Below, piece after piece: positions 1-13,756 of a DNA stretch of 64,000 nt (position 1 is the stretch's first letter; each line of letters opens with the position of its first letter). The position numbers and the translations under genes were made by a program. The notes beneath the pieces are model-generated. The model searched no databases. It worked only from the letters and a program-made list of their open reading frames with translations, and was not told where the DNA came from. The DNA comes from Trichosphaerium sp. ATCC 40318 (lineage: Eukaryota > Protista > Tubulinea), in the NCBI GenBank assembly GCA_038496445.1, contig JALMLS010000507.1, positions 682,001 through 746,000 of the forward strand, read 5' to 3'.

Positions 1-526
1 AAACGATTGGTCAAATATAGCGTGTAGTTATATTATTTGAATGTTAACTAATATTGGTGAATCACGTGCACCGTGTTGTTTCGAGTTTTATCGTGGCGAA
101 CTACTATATGCCCGCAACTTTCGGTACGAGATGCGTCGTGTGTTACCATAAGTACTGTAGAGTGATGATAATCACTTTCATGGTAGGTTAGGACAACATG
201 TTGACTACAAAAAAAGAAGAAGGAGAGCGGACACTGTGTATGGTGAAGAAGTACCACGATAAAGTACTACACAACTTGGAGAGGTATGGATGCGCATTAT
301 GATAGGAAGTAGATATGCATTGAATATACGTATAACCCATACAAACCCATATAACCCGAAGAGTTTTTGAGTTCGCAGTTTTTTGTGAATTTTTTGAAAA
401 AAAGAGGTAGCAAGTGTTCCCAAGTTTGACTTGCAGTTAAGTTACTACGAGGGTTACTAAATAAAATAATCATATTGACGTCACAACAAGTCAGACAAAA
501 ACTCTAATAAACCCCAACTAGTGACA

Positions 527-1590
527 ATGTCATTATTCCAAGACTTCTTTAGTTCACAGACAATGTATAAAAAAGATACATTAGCGTCATACAAGCTATC
601 ACGTACACTTGGAGATGGAAACAGCGCTAAAATAATTTCTGCCAAGACAAGCAGTAAAGAGAAAGTGGCTCTAAAGGCATTTAAAAAGGGACACCCTGAA
701 GAGTTTGTTCTCCGTGAGCTTCAAATACTACAACGTTTGGAACACCGAAACTTGCTCCGATTACACTCTTGTTTCTTACATCGAGGTACCACGCCTTGTT
801 TCTGAGCGAAATAGACTCTATTTCCCTACTTTCCTCTATTTCTCAACGCGTGGAGGTTTTTTCTTACTCTAGTTTGCCTCAGGGTCGCCTATTCTTGTAT
901 TAGAGAGATGTCATAGTGACGTTATGTCATTAATTGAACGGCGCGTGCGTCTACCTGAACCTCTTGTCAAAAATATCATTCTACAAGTTCTACACGGATT
1001 GGTTATTATGCATTCATCTGGTATGATACATCACGATATTAAGCCCGAGAACATTCTTATTGGTTATGATGGTTATATAAAGCTAGCTGATTTTGGTCTT
1101 TCTCTTACTTTTGGAGAAGCACAGGCAGGCGAAGCAGATAACCTAAGAGGCACTTTAGAGGTAAATTAACATTAAAGAAACCCACGAGATTTCGTAATTC
1201 TGACGATTCTTGACTAATAATTACCCGTAGTATTGTGCTCCCGAAGCGTTTGGTTCCGATAATTGTGAGAGGGATGGAAAATACGATGTGTGGGGTGTTG
1301 GTCTCGTATTGTATAACCTGCTTACAAGGTCACATCCACAACAACAAAGGAGTATACCAGAGATGGTATCGATAAGTAAAGGAAAGAAATTATCTCTTCC
1401 CAAGAAAGTTAAAACAGAACAATATAAATTCTTACGAAGTTTACTTACACCTTCACCGGAGCTAAGGCCTTCAGCATCAGAATGTTTATCATCACCTTGG
1501 CTTAAAAATATACCAGTACAGCAGCTAGATGACCTAGTTATTGGGAGCACTATCTCTTCAAACATTGTAAAGCGCTATTTTTGTAAATAA
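527..1590 (+). CDS. Ser/Thr protein kinase (3 exons)
   Basis: LGDGNSAKI glycine loop, VALK, HHDIKPEN, DFG, GTLE|YCAPE, DVWGVG, RPSASECLSSPW. Introns 786-881 and 1161-1230 (GT-AG) join the three ORF fragments in frame. Confidence 0.9.
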
Positions 1591-2180
1591 ATGTAAAATA
1601 AAATTATTGATGACGAACCGTTATTTTGGTTTTTGTCACGTGATGAAAATGTATGCATAAAGGCACTTACTTTTATATTCCGCTTATTTGCGAGAGCGTT
1701 CCCAATCAAGCGAGTAAGGCATTACCTGCCGTGTGAATTGTAGGTTAGTTTCTATAGCGTGCAGAGATATATGCATGTATGACCACGCAGAAAGGTGGGG
1801 AAGTGATACTAGTCTGTGCTTCGGCACAATTATTTCGCAATTTTTAATAACCCGATTACCCCGTTCTCTTTGATTGTTACTTACCCAAGAGATTGCTGTG
1901 ACTGTGCCTCATTGATACACTGGAGATTTGACCTCTGTTTAAAATGGCGAACATTTTTACATAGTTAGCGAGAATCAATGATAAGGGAGATAGTAATAAG
2001 CTGTACTAATGCGTCATTTCGGTGCTGTTCTTTTAAAGTACTAGGTAGTAACTTCACATACAAATGTATTGTCACATCCTTAACTAGCGCTAGCGAAACA
2101 TAGTAATAGCTATAGTAACTAAAATCGTCATACTTCGTTTATTGTGGTGTCATACACCAAATCAACTTTGTTTTTCTTAG

Positions 2181-2868
2181 CTCTCCCAACAGAAAATCAT
2201 TGCTGGTTACACACAAGTCTTATGAAGTTATTGTCGGCTTTATTGTACAATAGGTACTCTTTGGTACGTGCCACATATGTATACAACCTAGCTAGTATGT
2301 GTTGATTTCCTTAACATGTCATGTTCATATTTTTTCTAGAGCTACACAGTGCACATGTACGAGTCCAAAGCTTTTAGTAACTGCCTTTTAGACTTTAAAG
2401 TACCCAAGCAAGTACGTTTAGAGTGCCCTCGAATAATCTTATTATACCTAGGGACTACTAAAGGCTAAATATGAAGATTGTATTTTTAAAAACGTCCCTT
2501 TAGTCACGTTGTTCCGTGCCTGCGCTGGAAAAGGTAATAACTTTGCACAAGTTTATGCGTATCTTTAAAAATACTCTAATACGCTTATAATAATAGGGGT
2601 GACATCAACGTGGAACCAATTCGACGAGGAGGTTGAGGAGCTAAAAGTAATTGCCAGTGTGTTAGCTGATATTTCAAAAAACAAAACCGTCGTGCTTCAG
2701 GCTCAAGGGAAGAAGACTGAGACTATTGCTATTACACCAAATCTAGAGATTAATATTAGCGACAAGCCAACAAAACAATGTTCTTTCGAATACTGTGGGG
2801 TGTCAAAAAGGAGACATAGTAAGCGTACATCAAGAAAAATGACACTGGGTTTTTTAACAAACAATTAA
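2181..2868 (+). CDS. Hypothetical multi-exon protein, 5' end not resolved
   Basis: Several short exons bounded by GT-AG join in frame into the ORF ending at 2868. No family recognised. Confidence 0.4.
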
Positions 2869-2999
2869 TACCAAAAAAAAAATACGAAAAAGTTTTTAGT
2901 GTTTTTTCTTTTTCTCTTTGAGCGCGTTGACGTATTTTTACCTCAACTTGCACGTGCTTATACGCAAAATCAAATACAGAATAATTCAGTTGTAATAAA

Positions 3000-4137
3000 A
3001 CCCATTGAAAGCCATTGAAACGTAGTTCTCTTCGAAACTCTTTTGTCTTTTTTCCGTTTTTTTTGAATATTAAAGTAAAAAGCAGTTGGAAAAAAAAGTT
3101 AAAAAACGCACGTGTCTGCCATGATTTCGGACTATTATTTTTAGCGATGAGTCACTTTCAGTGATCTGAAAGAAAGATAAAAGAAGGCCAATTACCTTCC
3201 CTGTATCGGATCTTATTTATGAGAGCGATGGTTATACTACAAACCAAATTTGCTTCTTGCAATACATAAATACACTTTTTTTAGTAAATAGAGTTTGCTT
3301 GAGCTGTAGTTTGCGTTAAAAGAACTGTCGTACAAGTCCATGCGTCGATAATCAAATAGCAACATTAGTATTCATTAATGGCCTCATAAAATTGTGTTGA
3401 CGCACGCCATTAGTGTATAGCCCAGCAATCTATCCTTGATTTGACCCGGATTGAAAATCAAAAAAAGTGTCAAGAAAACAAAAATCACATGTTCGCTTAG
3501 GTCACATTCTATTCAGGATTGAAGACATCTTGACGCATGCCATTAGTCGTCTTCAGCCGGAACAATAGAGTATATGTCACAGAATGACAATAGCAGCAAA
3601 AGTAGCAACTGGTGAGTCTTGTTACAATCTAAACCTAACAGATTGTGGCTGTGTACTGGTATATACATATTGTAATTAAAGTGAGTGCGGGTGTCAAAGT
3701 GGTTGGCGTTGGGCGTGGTTTTGGGTAAAAATGGTTTTGGATTTGGTGGTCAAAGTATTGGTACGCCACTTTTTTCTAGTTGGTACATTTTTTTGGTGCG
3801 TAAAAAACATCTACGTGTAACCAAAAAACAAAACGTATAAGTCTCAACGTGCGACAAATCTATCGTTAGCTCAAACTGACTCTTTACTTTGGGTAAAAAA
3901 GCAAAGAACCGAATCAGACTCAGACAACTGTTGTCGTGCAATTTTTTTTTTGGCTTTTTGCGTCTTTTTCGCTTTATTAATAGCCGCTTTTGTTTGTTCA
4001 TTCTTTATCCGGATCCGACCTTCTTTTGATCTGAATGTGATGTGAATGATTGTATTCACAATGTAAAGGTGCCTAATAGCTCTACAGCAGGACAAAACAT
4101 ATTCAGCAATTCGTTTATCACGTGTTGCTATGCACAT
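3000..4137 (-). CDS. Possible hypothetical gene with a Lys-rich exon; structure unresolved
   Basis: ORF 3871-4137 has a basic stretch (KAAINKAKKTQKAKKKIAR) and splice-like sites follow, but I could not build a consistent frame. Confidence 0.25.
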
Positions 4138-4192
4138 TCAACACGTTTCTAATGCATAATTTTTTTCTATTGTACGCCTTCGTTGCTGGCAT

Positions 4193-5484
4193 ATGAACGC
4201 ACTGAGGACGCCTAAGGGCGTTGCGGGGCTAGTGTTTTCATTCGCTTATGTGGTTGTACATTTGCTATGGGAAATAGCTGTACGGGTTAACACAGTACTG
4301 AAATACGCCAGAATGATGCTTTCCAACTATTATAGCAAGAAAGCTGCAATAAAACATATCAAAGCATGTCTACGTGAAGTAGACAACATACCATCGCATG
4401 TGGTGATAGTAGCAAAGAGTGCGTTGAAAATTCTCACAACTCATCCAGTCATCAACTCTAAATTGTTTATGCCAATTCCCATACGCGTGGGTAGTATTTC
4501 TAACGCCTTTTTAATAGATAATCCCAGAAACCTTCAAAAATTAGGCAATTTAGCCACATGGTGTATAGCTGCCCGCGTAGAGATTATAACTGTATATATT
4601 TGTCCAAGTACGACTGCTTAAACGCTCCTAAACTAAAAAAAACTGACTCTTGTACATAGATGCTAAAAACGACGCTCCAGATGTAAATTATTGGCGTGCT
4701 TTGCATTGGGAAATTAACCGAGCTGTAAATGAATCAGAAGCAAACTTTATAGTCGATGATTTTACAAACACAAAAAATGAAGACAAGCTATCCTTCACAG
4801 TGCGTAACATGGATACTGGTAGACATGTTACATTTTTATTTGGTCTCAAAGAAGGAAGGTACGTCATGGAGTTAACATAGAATATGTGGCAGGTGTCATA
4901 CCATTTCAGTAACATGTTGAAAATCCTCAGTGTCAAAAAGTTTGACATTCCAAATTTTGACATGTGTCAACTTTATTTTTTTGGGGTGCTTCTTACGCCA
5001 TCCTTATTCTCTGGACTATGATAATTATCTATTGTGTCTATTAAATAATTTACTAAAATGTTATGTAGATTGGGTTTTATCGAAAAGATGCAACAGAATG
5101 AATTCAACACTGAAATTCTAGAAAAAGGCTATACCGAAGGATTCAAACATATCATCTCTAAATACAATGACGTTGATCCAGAACCAAGATTAATGATAAA
5201 GACAGATAGATCTAATATCATGACTGGATTTAACCCCCAACTAATACGATATACACAAATTGCGTACGACTTATTTTAAGATCTAAAACTGGACACGTTT
5301 TTTGAACTGTTTTTTTTTTGGAACAAACAAGTTTTTCTGATGTTTTGTCCGAACTTGTTAGTTCAACTCCTTGTTTTTTCTGACAACTGTTTAAAATAGA
5401 GAAGTACCTCTTGATCTAGGTGTTGAGAAGTTCGTAGAGTGTATTATAACATACTCAAAATGCAAGCAAAGATACGGTAAATAG
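4193..5484 (+). CDS. NUS1: Dehydrodolichyl diphosphate synthase subunit NUS1/NgBR-like
   Basis: N-terminal hydrophobic segment, IPSHVVI, LATWCIAARVEIITVY, DPEPRLMI..GFNPQLIRYTQI and the diagnostic C-terminal YSKCKQRYGK* (RxG). Confidence 0.85.
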
Positions 5485-5994
5485 AGAAAAAAGTGTCAAA
5501 AGTCAAATAAATTGTTGGTCTTCGAAAAATGCATTTTTTCTGATAGTACGTAAAATTACTCAGAACTCATTTCTGATAAGGCTTTATGTACAATTAAATT
5601 CTCTTGTTGATACGGCGTCATATTACGCACAGTGAAGCAAAAACTACAAGTTTTTAAGTGTACTTCTCACCAAAATACAGAAAATCATATTCCTACGCGT
5701 AAACAGGTGCTTTGGTGCTGAAAAATAGAGATATTCCGTTCTCGTACTATAGTTCACTTAAAAATGCTTTCTCGAGCATTCACGCTCAATAAAACCGCAA
5801 ACGCTATTATTTCGACTAGAAAACAAGAATTAAAGAGAAGAAAGAAATAAAAACAAGCGAGTTTTCGCAGTTCTCACCATTAATTTCCATTTATTCTCAA
5901 TTAGGACAATTTTGACTCAGCCTTACTTCGAAACAAATTACAGTAACCAACGAGTAAAGGAGTAAGTAAGGAGCACGATTAAGGTAACATTTGC

Positions 5995-6480
5995 ATGAGT
6001 GAGAACCAAAATATGGGCTTTTCGTGCTCTTTGGAAGGAGAAGGGTGTAGAATGTATGTAGGATCACTATCTGACGTATCAGCGTGTCAGATCTATGTTG
6101 GACGAATGCCAAGTGTATCAAACGATGAGCCCCGTCAACAACAACTGCGTTGGGAGAACCAAAACGCTGTGAACCAAGTACAAAGGAATTCGACAAAGCC
6201 AAGAAACAAACCGCAAAGAAAACAAAAAACAAACTCGACACCCGTTAATCAACCCGTTAATCAACCCCGACAAGAGCCCAAAAAGCAAACATCGCCTCCT
6301 ATTGTTCAGTATAACAGCGTCATAGATAAAAAGAATGATCTTAATCCAAACATAGAACCAGCAATCTTCCCGGAAGCTGAGTTTTGCTCTGAGATGGGTG
6401 ATTTGCTTCATGATCACTCTCATAGCCATGATACGTATTCTCATTACTTGACTGATGAAGCTGGATGGAACTATGATTGA
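5995..6480 (+). CDS. Hypothetical N/Q/P-rich protein
   Basis: 161-aa uninterrupted ORF with low-complexity content; no family recognised. Confidence 0.5.
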   Translation: MSENQNMGFSCSLEGEGCRMYVGSLSDVSACQIYVGRMPSVSNDEPRQQQLRWENQNAVNQVQRNSTKPRNKPQRKQKTNSTPVNQPVNQPRQEPKKQTSPPIVQYNSVIDKKNDLNPNIEPAIFPEAEFCSEMGDLLHDHSHSHDTYSHYLTDEAGWNYD

Positions 6481-7071
6481 CAGACTCCCCATATCCCGCT
6501 CTGTACTAACAAATAAGCGCGGTTAGAACCTTTGTATATAAAATTGTAGAGTACAAATAAGAAAATGCAAAACAAAACAGACTCCGTCGAAGAGGCCATC
6601 TTGTGTATAGATAAAACCAAGTACGTGTACTGTTAATTTCTGGGGTGTACTAATCCAGTTCGTAGTTTTTGTCTGTCGATTATGACAGACACGTAAGTAA
6701 ACTTATATTATTATTGTAAAACCAAGAAAAGTAAAAAAAAACCTCAAGCGATATTGATGGCGCTTGTATATTATAAATAAAACCATTGATATATATAAAG
6801 AGTAAATAGATACCATTTGTTAATTTGCTAGTGTTAGAACTGGTTGGAGAGAAAGGTACGACCAATAAGTGTACGCTTTTAAAAGAAATTGTTTTCAAAT
6901 TTTTAGCTTTTTTTATTGGATTTGTGCTAGTTGCAACTACGCCTTACGTTCCGCTCGGCGGACTATTTTTTACCTCTACATTTATGTTTTCTCAATTTTC
7001 TAACAAATAATGAGTTGGTTTATTTTAGTGTAAAAGTTCTTACATTTATTTTTTTTTATTTTCACGTGCAT

Positions 7072-8366
7072 TTATCTCCACTTACACTTTAAGGCACTCC
7101 TCTGCTTTTTGAGTACCTTGTGGAACTGCATGAAATCTATATCGGGTACGTGACAAACAGCTAGTTCTTTTACATTCTCGCAAAAATTGACCTCATCACT
7201 AACAAACCGTACAGAGCATTTCGAATAATTTTCACCTTGTAAAATATTTCAGTGAAAAGAAAGTGTAGTGGACTTTAATTGCAGTTCAATCCGTACTGTC
7301 TCCTTGTCGAAACAATTTTGCGGTTCCTTTGCAGCTAGTCGCATTGAGACCTTCTTTTATGTATTTACCAAGGGCAACATCATCAAACGGTATCTCATGG
7401 CATGTTTTGGCAAAGTAAGCCCAACCGTCATCTACAATTTTCTGAAATTGGCGTAAGTTTGTGTCAGAATCACTTATTGTCTATCGCACTTTTAAGAGGG
7501 CTCTGCTCAAGAAGATACCCGAACCACCCTCGCAATATTCTATGAGTGTTTTATCTGTTGAATTAGGATGTATCGTGTGCGTCCATGTCTTATTATCATG
7601 CCAACTTACAAACATTTGATTACCTTAAAAAAGTAAGATCGGTGCAACAGAGCTCCGGTTTTCACTGATGTACCAAGAAAATTCAACTCTGAGGGATCGT
7701 AATTACTTAGCAGTGATATTAGGTTATCTCTAAAGGGATACGAGTCATCCACAAGTCGTCCATACCAAGACTTTCCAGGATATTGATGAAATAAATGCTC
7801 AAAAAGAAACATAGTTTTACAACATAATCCACCAAACTTATCACTACCACAAAACCCATCGTCTGAGCCAGTATTGTTAAACATATAACGAGTGTCAAGA
7901 GATTGATATACATCATCATGAAGGTCATCTGGAGCATCACTTTAGTCATTCAGTGTCGAAAGAAGTAACAAACAGTAACATGCCTATAAAAGTTAACAGG
8001 CGCAGTTTTCCATTCACCAAGCCATGTCGCTCTTATGTAATTTAACCTTGGTTTCAACCTTTCCAAAATGAGCGACACTGAGAAATCACGTGCGTAAATG
8101 TTTTTGAAATCTTACCGAGCACTTACTAACACACCTATAGCTATATTCGATTCCGCCACTTTGACGCCATCCTGCGATCTTGGGTTGTACTGTAGAGAAG
8201 CTAAGGTCGTTCCAACACTAATGTGTCAATAAAACCCAAGAATTCTGGAAAAAAAACCTTACGCTTCGTTTGAGGGCAAATACGCTATGAACAACCAAAC
8301 TAACATCAAAAAAGTTAAAACTATTCCAACTAAAATTCCCCTTATTTTGAATAGACTCTGCTCCAT
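7072..8366 (-). CDS. GT31 (Fringe/core-1 beta-1,3-galactosyltransferase-like) type II membrane glycosyltransferase
   Basis: Spliced model: N-terminal TM (ILVGIVLTFLMLVWLFIAY), IRATWL..FYSD, WYGRLVDDSY, YCEGGSGIFLSRALL, PFDDVALG. Confidence 0.8.
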
Positions 8367-8620
8367 CTGTATGCTTTTACAAATGGTTTGGTACGTAGTA
8401 CAATCGATTTTGGACTTGGCGAGCGTTTCTTTGCTTATTTTTTCTTCTATCAGTTATCTTATGTCCCCACGGGGTTCTACACACCACGTACGCACAGTTA
8501 TGGTTTTGATTTTGAAAAGCAATGACTACAAATATCACGTGATTGACCTTTTTTTTGGGTTTTATTTGTACAGTTTTAGTTTTTCTTTTCTGTGAAGATG
8601 GTTCTTCAAATGTACATGTA

Positions 8621-11439
8621 TCAAAAGTCGTCATCCCTTCGCCGACTGCGTCTTTTGTTCTTACTTCTTGAAAAAGCACAGATTAGAAAAAGCAAGAAAG
8701 AAAACAAACAACTGTAGAAGGAGGCACTTACTTTTCTCTCCTTCTTTGTCTTTGTTCAGGAGACCGTCTTCCTTTTGATGCAATTGCCATCAAGTCTCTT
8801 AGATCTTCAAGATCAGGAGAAGGTTCCATAGACGCTAGTCGCTCTTGAATACGAGCAACTATATGATCTCGTATTTTCTCAGCATTCTCTATATCGTCAT
8901 ACTCTGAAAAGCGACCTCTGTTCAACTTGTTCAGTGATATCGAAAAAAAAAATACAAAAGAAAAAAAGGTTAAATGGAGAGTTATGACGTACGCTAGCCA
9001 GAGGTACAAGTCAGTAATCTTATACTGTGTTTCCATTAGTTTAATATCATGTGATGCTTCGTCTATTCTTCTTTTTGTAAAAGGAAACATGACATAGTCT
9101 TGGTGCATGTGAGTTTTGGCGAACTAAAGCAAATATTATTAAAACAAGCACCAACATTTGTTGCAAAAGCATACCTTCCATAGCCATGTAGTCTGCTCTT
9201 TATCATCTGATGCTATTGGAGACATTGAGTACGTAAGCCTATCTTCTGTTGTCATATCTAGTTCATCCACAACTGAAGCAATTGCCTAGTTGTTTTTAGA
9301 CTTTTTGGTGGTTTCTTAAAACAATAAAATGGATTGAAATACGTACAACCATTTCTTCTGTTTCGCACATAAAATACATTCCATCAAGCTTTGCTCCTTC
9401 TATGTACATTTCCATTATTTCTGAAAAGCTCAACTGATACCTATTGAGAACAGGAGCAAGAACTACTTAGTGTTAGAAAACCTAAAGCACATAACACATA
9501 CCTGCAAAATGCTCCGCTAGAGGAAGCAATCCAGCTGTCTATTTCGGCTTTCAGTTAGTAATTGTAGTAAACAAAACAAGGTTTAGTTCTGCGCTAGCCA
9601 AAACAATTGATGTTCACGTGAAGACTGTAAAGTAACAGAAATGTCAACTAAAATTAGCATACCTTAATTTGAGGTAACTCATACTTTAGTGCCAAGTCTA
9701 TAAGCTCAATTTTGTTCTTACGAAAACATGTCACAGCTCCATTCTCATATTGAGTACCATACCGACCTATAGGCCAAAGAATGAGTTTAATCTTTGTAAA
9801 AATGTGAAAATTGTTTTTTGCTCATACCAGCTCTACCAGCAATTTGCTTGATTTCTGTGTAATACAGAGGTCGAACTCTTTCACCATCAAACTTTTCAAG
9901 CGATGAAAAAATAACCCTTCTTATATTTAAGTTCAAGCCCATACCGATTGCATCAGTAGCAACCATGACCTGACAACCAATAAGCACTTTTTTTTTCAAA
10001 CAAAACACAACGTATAATCAAAACAGATTCGTACATCATACCCACTTTCTGGGTCATTAAATCGCTTGGCTTGTTCAGCTCTAGCTTCAGGAGGTAAACT
10101 ACCATATCTAATATACATATTAGTACTGTAGAGTTCACTCAAAAAAGTGTCACGTGTACACTATACAACACAACATATTTGTCCTCTTTTCTATCTGGTT
10201 CTTCAAATAGAATACTTGTTTACGAGAAAATGCAATGACACAGTCACCTGGTTTAACATTTGAAATATCATGACGAAGAGGTGGTTCAACAGTAAGAGAA
10301 GAAAGCCTCTTATACTCATTAATCTCTGTTAGATGATCACCTTTGTGCAAAGCTTAGCTTGAACTACTTTTAAACAAAAAAAAAGTGATTTTTGAATAGT
10401 TCTTGACTTACCTGTTCGCTTACAAAGATCTCTTATAAGCTTGACACCTGAAGCATCACCAGCTATACTACATATTAATATATTGTAATCACATAGCGTT
10501 TAGTAAGTACCTAAGTGAAGTTCAAACGCTTGTAGACCAAGGAAGGCTCTAGTCCATGCCCATCCTCTATCAGGCGAACCTAAACTGCGTTAGCTCTTTC
10601 TACAACACTTTGTGTATCGTTCATTGCGTGCCTATAAGTTGAAACTCATCTATTAGTGCTACATCATATGCACGTTGCAAGTCAGTCATTTCAACAGTAC
10701 AAGATGTATGCTGTGCATTGTCAACTTTTATTACTTGTTGACCTATAACACGTTAGTACAACTAGTATCGTTGATAACTACGAACCTGTCACTAGATTAC
10801 ATGGAACTCCAGAAGCATTTATTTTCTCAGATACCTTAGTGACACATGTCAGTGATTGACATATCAAGAATTGAATGTCTAACAAACCTCGTGTGCCAGA
10901 AGCCTTAGTGGAGCACAATACACGCCACTAGTAGCTTTTTTCAGTCTTTCTAGTGAGTTGTACGTCTTTCCAGAGTTGGTTGGTCCTTAGTGCGAGAGTG
11001 AGCAAAAACTTGTAGTCAAGAGTGAAAGTTTTAGTCGTTAACCATTGCAGAGTCACTACTTGCTACGTACCTACGTGTAGGAATATTTTACGCTTAATCC
11101 AACGTGCATCTGGATACCACAGATGTGGCTTATTTAAAATTAGATCCAACGGCTTTAAATACGCGGGTTTATACCTTTTTGATATCATTCATGTGTTTTA
11201 CACTTTCTGGGTCATGTTCTTCTGTCTCTTGCTCGCCTACAATATCTATTGCTTCTTCAAACGCTTCTTCTCTTGTTATATTTTCGTTTCCTACATGTAT
11301 TATGCTCATAACATATTTTGTGCTTCATACGCTTGAATCTATCCGTAGAAGAGGAGTAATGATGAATTGTAGGCGTATTGTAGTGTGTAATACGAGGTTT
11401 ATGCCAAATGTACTTGGTTGATCGCAAACGCGCTAACAT
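8621..11439 (-). CDS. SUV3: Mitochondrial ATP-dependent RNA helicase SUV3
   Basis: Mitochondrial-type N-terminus, [78 protein letters not shown]. Confidence 0.95.
10580..10631 (-). other. GC-AG intron in SUV3
   Basis: Needed for DEFQLIG|SPDRGWAW; read-through hits TGA before any GT. Confidence 0.85.
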
Positions 11440-11556
11440 TGCCTTACTGTGTTACCACGAGCGCATGCACACCGTTCTAGACGCGCAATGTGCTGTGTGA
11501 AGTCACAGGAATAACCACGACTGCAACACAATTTTGAGTGTCAGAAACAGCACCAC

Positions 11557-12549
11557 ATGATCAAGTCCATGCCGGCTGGCACCCGAAAGAAGCTAAAGCG
11601 CTCATTGAAGCTATTTGAAAATGGTAACTTGCATGGATCAGTAAATACACTACTAACGCTCACCAAGACATGTTCTCGCTATGTAACGGCATAAGAAGTG
11701 CATTTCTTATCGATTATGGTTCCATTCAGTATGAGGACTTACAATACCTGGTAACGCGCTCATTTAACCTAATACCAAGCATTTTAATGAACTGTTTAGA
11801 CAGAAATAAACTCTGACATTGCCCCACTCCAAATAGACTCCTTCCTATTCGTTATATCGAAAAAACGCGTAACGGCGATGAAAAAAGCGTTTTCGAGCGA
11901 AGTAGGTACAAGAGTTTTTGTAGATGTTTCCAAGGCACTAAATGAACCAAGAGTACGCCAATACAATTAAAAACAACATGTTAAAACAACAAGGTGGCGT
12001 CCAAGGAACAACTTGAGTTTATAGTCAATCAACTGCGTATGGCTATGTCTAAAATATCCTTTGAGGATTTATACGCACTAGACGCCGATTTAGGCAAGTA
12101 GACTTACTTTTTTGTATCAACAAATTGTTGATTGTGCAACTTTAGGTATTTTCAGTATTACGCTTGCAGGGCTTCTACTCGAGTACCCTGTAATATATTT
12201 TCATAGTGCAATTCTTAAAGATAATTGGCGGCGGCTTCCAGAACATACATGGGGTAACTGTCTTGCGAGGCAAGCACTGCAAGTGTTCAAAATGTTCATA
12301 ATTGAAAAGTACGGAAGGAAAACTTGACTTACATAGTGGTCTGGCTTTCTAACAAGTTCTTTTTGTAGTCAACGGATAGAAGGGTTAGAAAAGAATGTTA
12401 CGAGTTATTCAGTACCTTCAAAGCTTATGAGTGATTGCAGTAAGGCAATAAATGATATGAGAACTCGTCTTGAAAAGAGGACAAATGGTAAATATTTGAC
12501 ATTAAAAGTAAATGAAAGTGTAATTACACTTGATCATGTATTACTTTGA
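11557..12549 (+). CDS. DUF4504 / UPF0739 (C1orf74-like) protein
   Basis: GIRSAFLIDY, TLAGLLLEYPVIYF, GNCLARQAL, SYSVP and C-terminal ITLDHVLL match the family pattern. Confidence 0.7.
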
Positions 12550-12866
12550 ATACAAATCTGCGCGCACTGGTATTATTGATGGATTGATAATACGTAAAGA
12601 GGCATTGTACAATAAAACAATTAATTTAAAATGATGGAGCATGAGCATTGCATCAATCAAGCCTCTTTGATGTCATTTAGACTATTTGACCCACAGGATA
12701 GAGGTTGTTCCAAAGTTAATCAGATAAGATGTTTCGAATTCATCAGCCATTTCCCAACAATTAATTTTCACTCATTGATGTAATTTAGCCGAATTGAATA
12801 GCCATTTGTGTTGATTGACATTTAATTCAGCGAAACACTAAACAGCATTTATTGCACAACCACTAG

Positions 12867-13624
12867 ATGGCAGAAAGCTCAGGCGAAAGCCTCTCTGATG
12901 AGGAAGCACTTTTAGACGCTGAATTAGATGATGTACGCCTCTTTAAACCGTTTGCGCTTACTGTGATTTACACCTCCTGTAGTTATATGGTAAACCTTCT
13001 AACGACCAACAGAGGGTGTTTGTAGAATCAGGCGACAAAAATAACACGATCAATTTCTACGAGCACTCAGAGAAGCCATATGGCGTTTTCAGCAATTTTT
13101 CAAGGCATCCAATTACTCTGAAAGGTAAATCGTGGCCAACATCAGAGCATTACTTCCAAGCACAAAAATTCGTTGGAACGTTTCATGAAGAAGAGATAAG
13201 AAAGGCTCCTACACCTAACAATGCAGCCAAATGGGGTAGGCAACGTAGTAGACCTTTACGAAGCGATTGGAGCAAGGTATAAACATGTCAAAGCGGATTT
13301 AGTAGTGACATTCTTCTGTAAAGGTTAAAGTGAACATTATGTTGCAAGCCCTTGTTGCTAAGTTTGTTCCTCCTGGTGAACCACGTGATGTCCTTTTAAG
13401 TACAAAGAATGCTAGATTAGTTGAGCATACACCACGAGACAGTGAGTGGGGTGATGGCGGTAACGGTAAAGGAAACAACAAGCTAGGTAATACTCTAATT
13501 ACAGTTTCTTACTAAGTACATTCTCAACTTTTGACCGCCACTAGGTATGTGCCTTATGACTGTACGAGATGCTATCAAGAACAACACGGTAGATAAGTTA
13601 TTAGAAAAAATACAAGTAGACTAG
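12867..13624 (+). CDS. NADAR (YbiA/DUF1768) family N-glycosidase
   Basis: YGVFSNF..WPTSEHYFQAQKF, AAKWGR, LRSDW, LLST..LVEHTPRDSEWGDGGNGKGNNKLG. Confidence 0.92.
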
Positions 13625-13756
13625 AACACGAACAACACTTTCGAAACCAACTGACTTTAAACAACCATTGTAAAAAAAAAAAAAGGTTTTTTTGTGATAC
13701 AGACGCTGTTTATTTTTTGTGTTATTTGAATGTTTACATGTGTGGGTCCTTTTGAA

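Noticed and set aside
1026-1052. HHD instead of HRD in the kinase catalytic loop
   Set aside because: Non-RD kinases are common and the catalytic Asp, Lys and DFG are intact.
2280-2339. TTCCTTAAC U12-like branch site in a putative intron
   Set aside because: No RTATCC donor, and it is rather far from the acceptor.
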